Positions 46,101-58,138 of a stretch of 64,000 bases of DNA are shown piece by piece (position 1 is the first letter of the stretch; each line of letters opens with the position of its first letter). The position numbers and the translations under genes were made by a program. Below the pieces are notes generated by a model. That model saw only the letters and a list, made by a program, of their open reading frames with translations. It was not told the DNA's origin and made no database searches. Source of the DNA: Asterias rubens (Eukaryota); NCBI RefSeq assembly GCF_902459465.1, contig NC_047065.1, positions 7,874,001-7,938,000 on the forward strand. Direction: 5' to 3'.

Positions 46101-49100
46101 CTCACCGTGTCAACGTGTTTCCAGTCATCCTCTATTCGATCATCGAGAAACATTTGGTCAGGGTAGACATGCTCCCTTGCTGGAAAACCTGTACGTAAAA
46201 CAACAAATTAAACTACATAACAACCCATAGACACATCTTAAGCTTTTCCTTATCTTCAAATTGCCCACAACTGAAATATCATAAAAATGCATAGTTTATT
46301 GTTATTTTGGTAGAATTATGTGCTACTGTAATACAATCACTACCTTCAATGCGCCGTCATTATGGAAATGTCTTTATGTTTTTCAAAAGCCTAAAGGCAT
46401 GAAAAATGCATTTAACGAATAAGAAAAAAAAGTGAAAGGAAAAAAGGATTAAGAAACACCAGGGTTAAATGTGATTGTGATTAACCGCTTCTGAAGTGAC
46501 AATACAAATAGCAAGTCACTTTGCTCTGTTCACTAAGCCTAACTCAACGTATGAACGCATTTCAAGAAAATATGCCAAGAGCTATCTGTGTTTTAATTAA
46601 TGGATCCAATGGATGGACTTAGCAGCGTATGAGGTTCCAGACATGCAAGCCACGTGCTGTTTAGCAGCGAATAGCCACATGAATAGCTGTGAATCCAAGC
46701 CTGCAGGTGTGTACCTGGTCTTGTTAATTTGAGCCCCCCTGATCCGGTTACATCTTCCATATAGGGCTGCTATAACTTAGTCTATTCAAGGAACCATTCA
46801 ATATATTCATGACTGCCTATATGCTTGTAATGAATTCACAGATTTACTTACTATAATACTGTATTGTTAGACACCGTGTGTCCAAATGCTTTTATAGCGG
46901 CAACAATTTGGGTTCTTTTGTGCACAATTAAAAAAATAATTAACATGCTTTCAAAATACATGTACGCAGTTGACATAGACGATCAAAGTTGATAACAATT
47001 GTGTAGTTATACTTCTTAAACTCTTTAACTGTAATTTTGAAAGCAATATCCTCAGAAATTTCCCTATTAATAATACTAATAACATGCATTTATATAGTGC
47101 TTAATACAAGGTTTCTAAGCGCTGAACAGAAAGTGTAAGATAACAAAAATTACAATTAAAGATGTGGTGAAATAGCAGAAACTATTTTTCAACTACTGTT
47201 TATTCATTCCTAAAACATATTAAGAGGCTGTTTTTAGAGAAATGGCATCATGCACAAATCTGTTTTGACCTGAGCAAAGAAGGTTGTTAAATGCAATTTG
47301 CGATTGCATTTATAAATATTTAGAATTTTAAGCACTTCAGAGAGCTTAATTTCACTTTTTAATCACTCAAACTTGGACGTTATTTTGCGAATCTTTCAGC
47401 TTGTCCATCGTCGGCATGACAAGCTGTGACATCAACCCCGGAAATGAGAGATTTTGGCATATCACTTCAAGATTTATACCGATAATTTATACTTCACGAG
47501 TTGCAAAAAAAGATAATTGAGAATTACCTGCAGAGGAAATTGCCTGATCAACATAGCTTAATTGCCTTCATAGCATGTATAATGCATGCCAAGCATATGG
47601 GAAGGCACACGTGCACACATCACCTTTGACCCTTAGATGACTAATGGACTTTTACACTCAGTAACGGGATTTGCAAAGAGGCTGTTTCAATTGTTAACTC
47701 AATTTTAGGTTTATCAAGAAATAACCATTCTTATAAAAGCTCTAAATGGTCCAATTAGATTAGCTCTCAAGTTAAATGGAACTCTGTTGGTTCTAAAATT
47801 GTCACGCCACTTATATGAGCGGATTGTTCCAGCTTAAATCCCAAGCTTCCCTTTTATATCACAGGAAGGATACAGCAACAAGGAATAAAAGACTTCAAAT
47901 CTGGTCTTTATCAATATGTAGGGCAGGTCCAATAATAGCAGCCTCTTATGGTCTTTGTACAAAAACCAGGCCAATTGATCCAATACAAAATTACATGTAT
48001 CAGATTTCCAAACAGGGATGCATAAATCCAGTCTGTAACCAGACACACATGTAAACTGAAACTGATCCACTGGTTTATGTTCAGGGATGATATTTGTGTG
48101 AATGTTAACATTCCCGAGAAGTGTCTTTTGGGGGCCTGGGGTTAACCTTATTCTAGACTCGGAACTTTCCAGATGTTTTCAATTCAGGAGGTTCACAAAC
48201 TGTGCATAAAGAAAGTTCTGTAAATCTCCACAAACAACCAAACATGAGGATTGGACAAAATCTGTGTTGGTGACTGCTTAAATACTTCTTTCCAGATCAT
48301 TTGAATGGATTTTGTAAACATGCTGAAATCAGGGAAATGCCTACAGATGCCTACATTATATGACACAAAAACTCTCCCCTCCCACAAAGTATCAGGCCTG
48401 GAGTTACACTGAGGTCATGACCTCTGATTGTCCCTGGTATTTTGCCTTGGTGTCCCTTCAAAAGTTCCCCAAAGACTTGAGATTTGTTTTCCAGTGGAAG
48501 TGCCCTTTTCAAAATGAAATTGGCCCTGCCCACCCACAGATGAAATGCTAGGACTCCAAATTTGACACACTATTTCTTGAGGGGCCTTGACAACAGATAC
48601 CAAATATGCAAAATTTCTGAAATGTAGGGTCAGCCTAGTAACACTCCAGCAGTAACTCATAGAAAAACTGGAACATGTTAAAGGCAGTGGACACTATTGG
48701 TAATTACTCAAAATAATTATTAGCATAAACCTTTCTTGGTGACAAGTAATGGGGAGAGGTTGATGGTATAAAACATTGTGAGAAACAGCTCCCTCTGAAG
48801 TGCCATAGTTTTTGAGAAAGAAGTAATATTTTCAACGAATTTGATTTTGAATGTGAGGTCTCGAAATCAAGCATCTAAAAGCACACAACTTTGTGTGACA
48901 AGGGTGTTTTTTCTATCATTATTATCTTGCAACTTCGACGACCGATTGAGCTCAAATTTTCACAGGTTTGTTATTTTATGCATATGTTGAGATAGACCAA
49001 CTGTGAAGGCTAGTCTTTGACAATTACCATTGTCCACTGCCTTTAAGCTTATCTGGCTTGTTCAAGAAAGCATCGGGTGCATACTGAGCGCTATTTTATA

Positions 49101-49111
49101 TAAGAAGCCAC

Positions 49112-49195
<84 letters not shown>

Positions 49196-52100
49196 CTTTT
49201 CAAGAAATACTTTGAAAGTGTACAGATAGTAGTAAGTTGTCAGCAGATTATGCAAACACTATCTTCATTTAGTGACAAGCAAATACGTTACTCACTGTAT
49301 CCAGGGTGTCGTTCCCGCTCCCTCTCGTATCTCTCTCTTGCCATCTCTCGCATCTCTCTAGCATGAGCAAGGTCCTCCATACGGATTTGATGATGAGGCA
49401 TGGCAGCCGGAGGGTAATGGTTGGGGGCTTGGGGTGGGGTCGTTAGATGAATACTACCTGGACTCACTGTACAGTGTCTCTTGGGGAGAGGTACCTCGGT
49501 CATGTGATCAGCCCCATTCTCCTTTGGTCGACCCATTATTCTGTAGATACAGACAATTTAATCAGGGTTAAGTCAATTGCAGCTCCAGAAGTTACAAAAA
49601 TGGAAAGACATGTAGAGAAAGGTTTACAAGATAGTCATGACAATGAACATTGGCCAAAAAAATACATTGGTCAATAATGAAGGGAGATATTCTCATCTCA
49701 TCCGCGACAATATTTAGTACATTTGCCTACATCATTATTAAGAGAGGCAATGCAATGCCTTTTAAGAGAACTTCATCAATCAAGCTTAAGAAGCCGCATG
49801 TTAGCAATAAATTCCCATTACATTGTCGACTGTAATCATGAATTTCATCACATTATCTAGCTGAGATAGGAAATAAAGTACAGAGACATTGGAACTCCTT
49901 TATCATCTTGAATTGAATGATCCATTATAAGGTATCATATTTCAGCTCCGCAAACCTGACAGTACACTGTACTTTGGTCGTCTGACGATGGAATCGCTCA
50001 ATACACACAACAGGTTAACCCACACTGTCCCATCTTCTCAAAACAATATTGAATGCTCATCAAACAATTTGAAGTCAGTATTTAAATATAAGTATGATAT
50101 TAACTTTTAAACCCATATTTGAGAAAAAATCCACAGAGAAATAAGACTGGATACAATATTTGACCGTGAACAACTAACTTAACTTTACAAATAGGAATTG
50201 GAAGATGAGCCTGCTTATAATTGCAATTTCGCTTAAAGAAAAAAACTGGAGAAATGAGGTCTCAGAAAATGTACTTAAGCTGTAAATAAAATAGACTGGT
50301 ACTAGTTTGTTTTCGTATTACAATTACATTATATACTGATGGTTGTAATCTTAGAAATCTTAACAATTTGACAGACATCTTTCCCCAAACATCAAACGCG
50401 TTCATGAATTGCAAAATGACAATTTGAGAAGGCAAATTTTGTGTGTATAAACAGCGGAAACAAACGAATAATGGTGCACTCATTGCTAACTGAGTAACAA
50501 TCCGGTCTTTACCAGACTGTACCGCACTTGCACAAATAGGAACTCTCTAATTGGTCATTATCGGTTGTAATGGTTGTTGCAAAAAAAATCACATAACACT
50601 TGACTCCAAACTGGAGAAATAAAAATAATTTGAGAAGGACATGATCTATAGACTGCTGATTACCTATCATCAGGTGTTCTTCTTTTACCATTCTCATTAA
50701 TATCAGCGACTGCTTCTCCTTCTACCGGCATGGTCTTACCATCCAGAATCTGCTGCTCATGTTGCATATAATACTGGGACGGAGTCATCTTAGCGATGCG
50801 GGCACAGTGTATTAACTCCCTCTGGAGGAGGGAAAGATTGGCCTGATGGGAAGAGCAAAGTACAACCAATAAGATTGCTTAACAATTCAGCTGGAAACTG
50901 TCTAGCATCATTCAAAATCAGCCAGACTGCAGTAAAAAAAAAAACAAGGCCTGATTTCAGGCCTAAAAATAACCCACAGCAATAGACCCTTCCCATGAAA
51001 TATGCTAATTACATTCACGCATGCGTACAGACCCTGTTGGTTGGCAAACGCCATAGAGTTGTGCACTAAGCAGGCGCGCAATCGCGTCTGTGTGCAAAAC
51101 AGCGTGATGTTCCCTCATTTTGCCAACCAAAACGTTAGTGCGCAAGTGCTATGTGCAATTTACATATTTCATGGGAAGGGTCTATTGCTCTGGTGCCCTG
51201 TGCTTTTGCTGTGGTGTCCCCTGCAAGGCTCCAATACAAACTAAAACTAAAAGAGATTTCCACATGATTGTACCAGCAAGTTAACTATTAACTCAAAGTT
51301 TTTCCAAAAACTTTCCCTGTAGAAGCTGGTGCCCCTTATACATGTAGTACCAGTGGCATATTGCTGAGTGAAGTTTAAGGTCTGTGAGTTTATTCACAAG
51401 CATTTGTACAGAAAAACAACCCATGAAATCATTCAGCTTATTCGGTAATGTGTATAGTTCTTATGGAAATCACAGAAGACAGTGACTTAACAAATCCTGA
51501 GTAGAGGGCAGCGCTGTAAGCTCAGAGTCGAGATTCTTCTACTCACCTTAAGAAATGGTATGACAAATGGCCTGAGGGGAAAGTTGGTTGCTTCCTGAAG
51601 CTTGTTGTGGAAATCTTCCACTGTCAATGCATTATTCTGAATGTATCAAAGAGAATTAATAATATTAATGTAACAAGATGAGATGAATTGTGGTGAAAAA
51701 AAACCAACAAAAATACTTTTATGATTACTGACCAAAAACCAAAGTAATAACTTAAAGCCATCGGACACTTTCGGTAAACAAAATTGTCCCACAAGGCCCA
51801 CACTTCAGGTATCACAACTTATATAAAAAATAACAAACCTGTCAAAATTTAGGCTCAATCGGTCATCTGAGTCGGGAGAAAATAACGGGAAAACCCACCC
51901 TTGTTTCCGCACATTCGCCGTGTCATGACATGTGTTTACTATAAATCCATAATTCTCGCTATCGAGAATTGATATTGTTTTAATGTTTTCTCAAAAAGTA
52001 AAGCATTTCATGGATCAATATTTCAAGAGAAGTCTTTCATCATTAACTTCTGTAAACCCTGTAAATTATTTGTAAATCGATGAACTTTTTTTTTCTGTAC

Positions 52101-54538
52101 CGAAAGTGTCCAATGGCTTTATGTAGGAACATTTTATTTGGTACAAGGGCTTAATACCTATGTACGTGTATACCTGGTGAAGGCTTTAGTAGACTTTGCA
52201 GTCCTTATTATTGGCAGTGGACACTATTGGTCATTAGTCACTATAATTATTGGCATAAAACCTTTTTTGGGTAAAGAGTAATAGGGAGAGGTTGATAGTT
52301 TAGAACCATGCGAGAAACGGCTCCCTCTGAAGTGATGTAGTTTGCGAGAAACACGTAATTTTCCACCAATTTGATTTCGAGACCTCAGATTTACAATTTG
52401 AGGTCTCAAAATCAAGCATTTGGAGTCACGCAACTTAGTGTTTTTTTTCTTTCATTAATATCTCGCAGCTTCGACAACCAAGTGAACTCAAATTTTCACA
52501 GGTTTGTTATTTTATGCATATGTTGAGATACACCAATGAAAAGACTGGTCTTTGACAATTACCAAGTGTGTCCAGTGTGTTTAAAAAGGGAATCAATGTG
52601 GGGTGAAGAGGTTTTCAACTCGTGGTTTAATCCCAACGAGGCCTGGTTCTTGATAATTTTACCGAGACAAAGTCGAGGTAAATAATCGAGAACCCGGCCT
52701 CGGCGGGTTTAAACAACTAGTTGAAAACCTTTTCAATCAAGACTTACCACTAGTCCCATTACTAGGTTCCTGACCCTCTCTCCAATCTCGGGTGAGATAT
52801 CCGAGCCAAACTGTTGCAGTGTAGTGAGGAATCGTTTGAGTTTACTGAGCTGTCTGGCCCCACAGGCTGGGGGTAGCTCCTGTCCAGCGGGTGTCATGCC
52901 ACTGACACTGCTAGGGGGTGATGGGGTGCTATTGACACTGTGTGGTGAATGCATCCCATTCACCAGTGAACCTGTCACAGGATGAAGGGTCGTTTGCATG
53001 GTTAAGAGGTATCAGCTCAAGACAATGACAGGCGGGTCTGACAGGACGTTGGCCAAAACAAATTCAATATTGATTTCAAAAGTTCAGCCATCTTCACATT
53101 GGTTAAACTTTTCTCACTCAATGCACTGCAAAGTCTCTAGATAAGTTTACTCTCTGGAACTGCAATGCTTTCTCTCTTTGTTGACTCAAGATCTACACAA
53201 AATAATCAACTCTTGAAAAGGGGTCAACAATTTCAGGGTGTTTAGTGCACCACTCAGGTAAATGTAACAAGCTGATTGTATAGACCATGTAAACTTTGGT
53301 AACAATAATTGTGACCATGTACATTCTTTGAGTATTCTGGCAGGCACAATACTGCACAGGTCATATGGGAAATTTGACATTCAGTGTCACAATTTCCATG
53401 TAAATCCAAGAATTATGAAAAGCAAAAGCTAGACAAGTTTTGAGATGTGCCCCTTTCATCATATCAAAAGTTGACAAGAATTATACAGTGCAATCTCCAT
53501 AAAATAAAAGATTTTATGATTTCTTCCATTAGGTTATGTACAAATCGTGCCTGCAGGAAGTCCAGGCTCCGTGGCTCTTTTGTAATGATGTCACAGGTCA
53601 CATCGTCTTTAGATGGTTGACCAAGACAACACTGGGTACCGTTTAATGAATTACCACAGAATTCTGCGCAAACAACACCCAGTAAACTATTATTTGGGCT
53701 GTAGGATGTCATGATACGCAGAGCTTAGAAACCTGGGCTCAGTTCTGCAGTGCGACAATGTAGGGTGATATGAAAAGTCATGTTCAACCATAGAGCTATA
53801 TATATTGACTAGAGCGCTAACTTGCTCCGCGTTTTGAAACCACCCTGAGCGCAGACATGTTTGATGTGTTGCGTGACTACGGAACGATTTTAATTTTAAG
53901 AGAACACACATTGCCGCGATTTGTTTTTAATTCGGCATGTGCGCTTTCGTACGCGACTGCCCATTCGCGCATGTCCACGCTACGAAAACCGTATGTTCGA
54001 CTTGATTGATGTACTAAAAAAAGTATACGCGCCTTTTAAACATGACGTACATGGCGCTCGCAGTTTTGTACGCTCATCAGCAGATTGTGCGTTCACATTT
54101 GCTGCATTTTTTGCTTCGATGACACATAGAAAAGAACAAACACACTATCATGCAAATAGCCGTACAATTGCCGTACAAAATTTCAAGCTTTTGCATTGGT
54201 TTGTACATAAACATGGATGCGCCCACACAGCTTCAAAACCTTAGTGCGTGTATAACAGGGTGTTAGCGCTCTAGTCAATATATATAGCTCTATGTGTTCA
54301 ACACAAACTGTTGTGACATGGTTTGTATTCTCCACCTCATAATGTCTGCAACTTCTGTTTTAAGATGATAAAACTAAACAACTAAGAGTTAGTCAAAAAA
54401 GCTTACCTGATGCTGAATTTGTAGAGAGGGACCTCGGATGTGTTGCCATAGCTACAGCACTAGGTGAGGTCTGAGCAGTATGCTTGTTCATGCTACTCTG
54501 TTCAATGGGTGACTCAGGCATTCTGCTATCGCTATGAT
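39806..54538 (-). CDS. CBFA2T1: CBFA2T1/RUNX1T1 (MTG8/ETO/nervy) family transcriptional corepressor
   Basis: Exons 54538-54407, 52971-52748, 51636-51547, 50842-50664, 49540-49296, 46188-46106, 44980-44767, 42233-42043, 40138-39806, all GT-AG and in phase. Diagnostic sequences: [34 protein letters not shown] and [18 protein letters not shown] (TAFH/NHR1), [24 protein letters not shown] (NHR2), [19 protein letters not shown] (NHR3), [37 protein letters not shown] (MYND). One invertebrate co-ortholog of the vertebrate CBFA2T1/2/3 genes is likely. Confidence 0.96.
40186..40885. mobile_element. Two MITE family A copies joined at a shared TTAA (40186-40555, 40552-40885)
   Basis: ...CCACTGCCT-TTAA-AGGTACCAGACACC junction; lies about 50 bp from the MYND exon acceptor. 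Confidence 0.82.
42043..42233 (-). CDS. CBFA2T1: CBFA2T exon, NHR3 ([19 protein letters not shown]...QEDSSE)
   Basis: cttttaaaag acceptor, gtgagt donor, phase 1/0. Confidence 0.96.
44767..44980 (-). CDS. CBFA2T1: CBFA2T exon, NHR2 ([19 protein letters not shown]...EVKRRT)
   Basis: ttttgtttcag acceptor, G|gtatgt donor. Confidence 0.95.
46106..46188 (-). CDS. CBFA2T1: CBFA2T exon, start of NHR2 ([28 protein letters not shown])
   Basis: ttttacgtacag acceptor, gtgagt donor, phase 1/0. Confidence 0.92.
48678..49046. mobile_element. MITE family A copy
   Basis: TTAA flanks and TIRs. Confidence 0.87.
49112..49191. repeat. (TTA)n microsatellite
   Basis: Uninterrupted TAT/TTA run of about 80 bp. 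Confidence 0.95.
49296..49540 (-). CDS. CBFA2T1: CBFA2T exon (IMGRPKENG...RERHPGY)
   Basis: Phase 2/1, gtgagt donor; KENG and PxKRxCTVSPG motifs. Confidence 0.9.
50664..50842 (-). CDS. CBFA2T1: CBFA2T exon ([15 protein letters not shown]...[11 protein letters not shown])
   Basis: cttcccatcag acceptor, AG|gtaatc donor; NENGKRRTP motif conserved. Confidence 0.95.
50981..51186. mobile_element. Small MITE with AATAGACC termini
   Basis: AATAGACCCTTCCCATGAAATATG ... CATATTTCATGGGAAGGGTCTATT inverted ends. Confidence 0.75.
51547..51636 (-). CDS. CBFA2T1: CBFA2T exon, TAFH ([30 protein letters not shown])
   Basis: 90 bp, phase 0/0, atacattcag acceptor, gtgagt donor; too short for the ORF track. 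Confidence 0.96.
51752..52121. mobile_element. MITE family B copy
   Basis: AGCCATCGGACACTTTCGGTA ... TACCGAAAGTGTCCAATGGCT termini; interior matches the 30321 copy. Confidence 0.82.
52213..52584. mobile_element. MITE family A copy
   Basis: TIRs and interior similarity; left flank altered. Confidence 0.8.
52748..52971 (-). CDS. CBFA2T1: CBFA2T exon, start of TAFH/NHR1
   Basis: GSLVNG...[45 protein letters not shown]; donor gtaagt. Confidence 0.96.
53789..54294. mobile_element. hAT-like MITE, 506 bp, 33-bp perfect TIR, 8-bp TSD TGTTCAAC
   Basis: TIR CATAGAGCTATATATATTGACTAGAGCGCTAAC; TGTTCAAC at 53781-53788 and 54295-54302. Confidence 0.88.
54407..54538 (-). CDS. CBFA2T1: CBFA2T exon ([14 protein letters not shown]...TNSAS), contains the MPESP ATG at 54521
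   Basis: tcttttctgtgtag acceptor, G|gtaagc donor; MPESP resembles MTG8 MPDSP. Confidence 0.88.
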
Positions 54539-55068
54539 CTACACAGAAAAGACACAACCAAATAGAGAGAGAGGCTGAATATCGAATTGAAAACTAATGT
54601 TGCAATATCCAACATACCAATATCCACTCTCGTAGCAGGTGGTCGGGAAATGAGAGTGCGAAAATGAGATGTTAAAGGAAAACAGATCTCGGTGTTTGGG
54701 AAAACAGGACACCCTTGCGTTGTCCACCAGATCGGATATTAGCATGGTTCGACGGCAGGTGCTGATGGTATAAAGGATCAAGAGGGAGAAAGGTGAAGCG
54801 CCTTTTACAAAAATGGTCAACCTGGCAGGATCAAAGGAGAGACGCAGCTGTCTAGGAAATCTAAAATCAATGCTTCGTATCGCTCAGCCTCAACGCTTGA
54901 TGAAGATCCCAAGCTGACAGCTCATTGGTCAATGTACTGTACACCCAAGCTCTGTCTTGAGACAGTGACACTAAAGAAAACCCCAGCTAGGGCCTTGGGA
55001 TTTAAAGAGGGGTGAAATCTACTGCAGGAGTCCATCAGTTCTGGTGGCCAAGATGTTCAAACTATTAC

Positions 55069-55464
55069 TTAAAAACACTGAGCACTATTGGTAATTGTCA
55101 AAGACCAGTCTTCTCACTTGGTGCATCTCAGCATCTCAGCCTGTGCATAAAATAACAAACCTGTGAAAATTTGAGCTCAAATGGTCCTGGAAGTTGCCAG
55201 CTAACTATGAAAGAAAAAATCATCCTTGTCACACAAAGGTGTGTGCTTTCAGATGCTTGATTTCGAGACCTCAAATTCTAAATCCGAGGTCTCGAAAATC
55301 AAATTCACCGAAAGTTACTTCTTTCTCGAAAACTACTCCACTTCAGAGGGAGCCTTTTCTCACAATGTTTTGTACTACCAACAGCTTCCCATTACTCGTA
55401 ACCAAGAAAGGTTTTATGCTAATAATTTTTTTGAGTAATTACCAATTTTGTCCACTGCCTTTAA
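55069..55464. mobile_element. MITE family A copy
   Basis: TTAA flanks and TIRs. Confidence 0.83.
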
Positions 55465-56008
55465 AGGAACTTGTCTTTCAGAGAAACTGAGAAGCTCCTT
55501 TGTTCAAACCTAAACCAATTCTCAAATGAGTATTTTGCAGAAAAATCTAAGTTTTGCAGACAAATGATTTCACCCAAGAAACCTTGCAAATAATGGTAGC
55601 ACCCTTTAAGTACACTTCCAGAGTTACACCTTTATTGAGACTTTTACAAAAAAATAATCACAGTTGTTATGCTCAGTAAAGGTTGCAGGTTTAGAACTTA
55701 TCACATGCTACGTGCAATCAAGAATGGTATTAAAACAATTTACATAGACACAAAAGTTGCAGCCTCTCTTCAAAATATTTTCCCAATAAATGAATGGTTT
55801 TGGAACCGATCAATAAATGCAATGTCACATATGGTGTCACTCTTTGTCATCAAGTAGAATGACAAGCAATCAGTTAATAGAATGAGTTGCATACATCTGT
55901 TAGGTAACAGTTGTACTACTCACACAATTCACACCCACTTAGTGCCAAAACACCTGTTGCTGAAAATCTCTCCCAACAACTTCACCCAAACTATGTACAT
56001 GGGATTTA

Positions 56009-56939
56009 TTAAAGACACTGGCACTTTTGGTAACTGCAAAGACCAGTCATCTCACTTGGTTTATCTCAACATATGCATAAAATAACAAACCCGCGAAAAT
56101 TTGAGCTCAATTGGTTGTCAAAGTTGCGAGATAATAATGGATGAAAAAATTTCCTTGTCACACTAAGTAGTGCACTATAGTACACTATACATGTAGTGTG
56201 CTTTCAGATGCTTGATTTCGAGATCTCAAAATCTAATTCTGAGGTCTCAAAATCAAATTCGTGGAAAACTACTTCTTTCTTGAAAACTATGTTACTTCAG
56301 AGGGAGCCGTTTCTCACAATGTTTATATTATCAACAGCTCCCCATTACTTGTTACCAAGTATTAGTATACACATAATGAATGTTTATGAGTGCAATGGTG
56401 CGAATATGTTCATGAGTTGAAAGATGGAATGTTCTATTCAACGAGGCGGAGCCGAGTTGAATGGAACATTCCAGCTTTCAACGAATGAACATATTCGCAC
56501 CATTGCACGAATGAAAAACATTCATTATTTGTTTTATATAACATCCAAGTAGAACTTTGTCATTTTGATTGAAAGAAACAACTTTCAAAACAAACAATTT
56601 CAACTGTAGAAGCCGAATGCTAGTAATTTTACTATGCCTTCTTGCAGTAACACCTGCTGCGTTACCAAAGACACGCGCACGCAGTGATGTTTTTACTCAG
56701 CTTTTTCGTTCCATCCGAAAAGTACCATTGCACGCTGGCAGCGTGCCAGCGTGCAATGGTACTTTTCGGATGGAATGCAAAAGCATGGCGAGTGACTCAG
56801 CGTGCAATGGTACTTTTATTTGCTATCACGTGACGGACAATCCTCCAATCAAATGACAAGGATCTGCTTGGGTGTTATATAATAAGGTTTAATGGTAATA
56901 ATTAATTTAAGTAATTACCAATAGCACCACTGCCTTTAA
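56009..56939. mobile_element. MITE family A copy interrupted by a ~530-bp hairpin-bearing element (~56360-56890)
   Basis: Family A sequence stops at ~56360 and its right TIR resumes at ~56905-56939. Confidence 0.72.
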
Positions 56940-57961
56940 ACACAGTGTGAGAAGAATAACTCTGCCTTTCAGCCATGGACATAGAATGGGTTTGAACATA
57001 CAACTTGTCATCATTTGAAAGATGAGTTCTGACTGATGCGACTACCTTGCGAACCCACAGGCAGTCTTTATGTAATGATTGGGGATCCAGAAGTGGGTTG
57101 GAGAGGCAGGGGGGGCAAAGCCATATTCATGCGATGGCATTTCATCACCTGTTTGCTGGTCACAGTTACGACTTTTGCAGGAAAACATAAAGTTATGACT
57201 GGATCTCATATGCATTTGAAAAGCAGTGTTTTAGCACATCCTTTTGAAGTGTAAAACATCTGGTCCAAGCGTGTCTGGATTGAGTCATGTTTTTGGTGAC
57301 TTTGTCGGTAAAACACTTGGACTCAGACTACGACGAGTCTCACTTAAGCCACATTTTTTTTTCAACATAAAAAGTTTATGAAAATGTTTGTATTAAATAC
57401 TTTATTTTGATGCTTATTTTTTCAATGGTCTTCAATGATTAAGATCAAGTTATCAGAAACAAAATTTGTTTTTGTGCTGGCTCCCTCATCAAGAACCAAG
57501 AAATCAATTTACAAGTGACATCAACTGATGAGTAGAGGATGTACTGCGCATCATGGTAATTGACATAACCTAGAGTGAGTATCACTGAGACTACAACAAT
57601 CCAATCCAGGGGACAGATGTTCCAGTCTGGGGCTAGAGACAGAGACATGACTGCCACAATAATATCTGGCACTACTGACAAGTGACAACTAGGACAGGAG
57701 GTGCTCATACTGCAACCTTCTCCTCCTTTTGTATTTACACACCAAGGAATTGGCTATATGAAAACAGTGCAAGCACTGTGTACATGTAAGCACTGTGCAA
57801 AACTGATGATTTAAAATTTAAACATCAAGGGGGAAAGAACCAGTACACTCTGATAAGCTCTATGGTTAAGCTTCCTTTTTATTTAAAAAACAAGACAAAA
57901 CAAGAGTCTTCACCATGTAGGCAAACTGCCAACAGAATTAAAGAGGGTAGACTGACAGCAT

Positions 57962-58138
57962 CAGGGGTGAATTTCACAAAGGTAGTCCTAACTTAGGACT
58001 AGTCCTAGGCAATGCTAAGAGATAGGACCAGTCCTAAGTTAGGATGAGTCACTGGTCCTAACTTAGGACCAGTCCTATCTCTTAGCATTGCCTAGGACTA
58101 GTCCTAAGTTAGGACTACCTTTGTGAAATCCACCCCTG
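57962..58138. repeat. 177-bp near-perfect palindrome (MITE); related element at 6247-6419
   Basis: About 85-bp arms built from AGTCCTAACTTAGGACT modules, with GATTTCACAAA subtermini. Confidence 0.85.

Noticed and set aside
49030-49215. Poly-leucine ORF resembling a signal or TM peptide
   Set aside because: It is a translation of the (TTA)n microsatellite.
55194-55490. Recurrent similar small ORFs (DFETSNSKSEV..., FRGSRFSQCFI...) here and at 8363, 15347, 27381, 30115, 32302, 40212, 52224 and 56196
   Set aside because: These are incidental frames within MITE family A copies, with different frames and stops in each copy; they are not a gene family.
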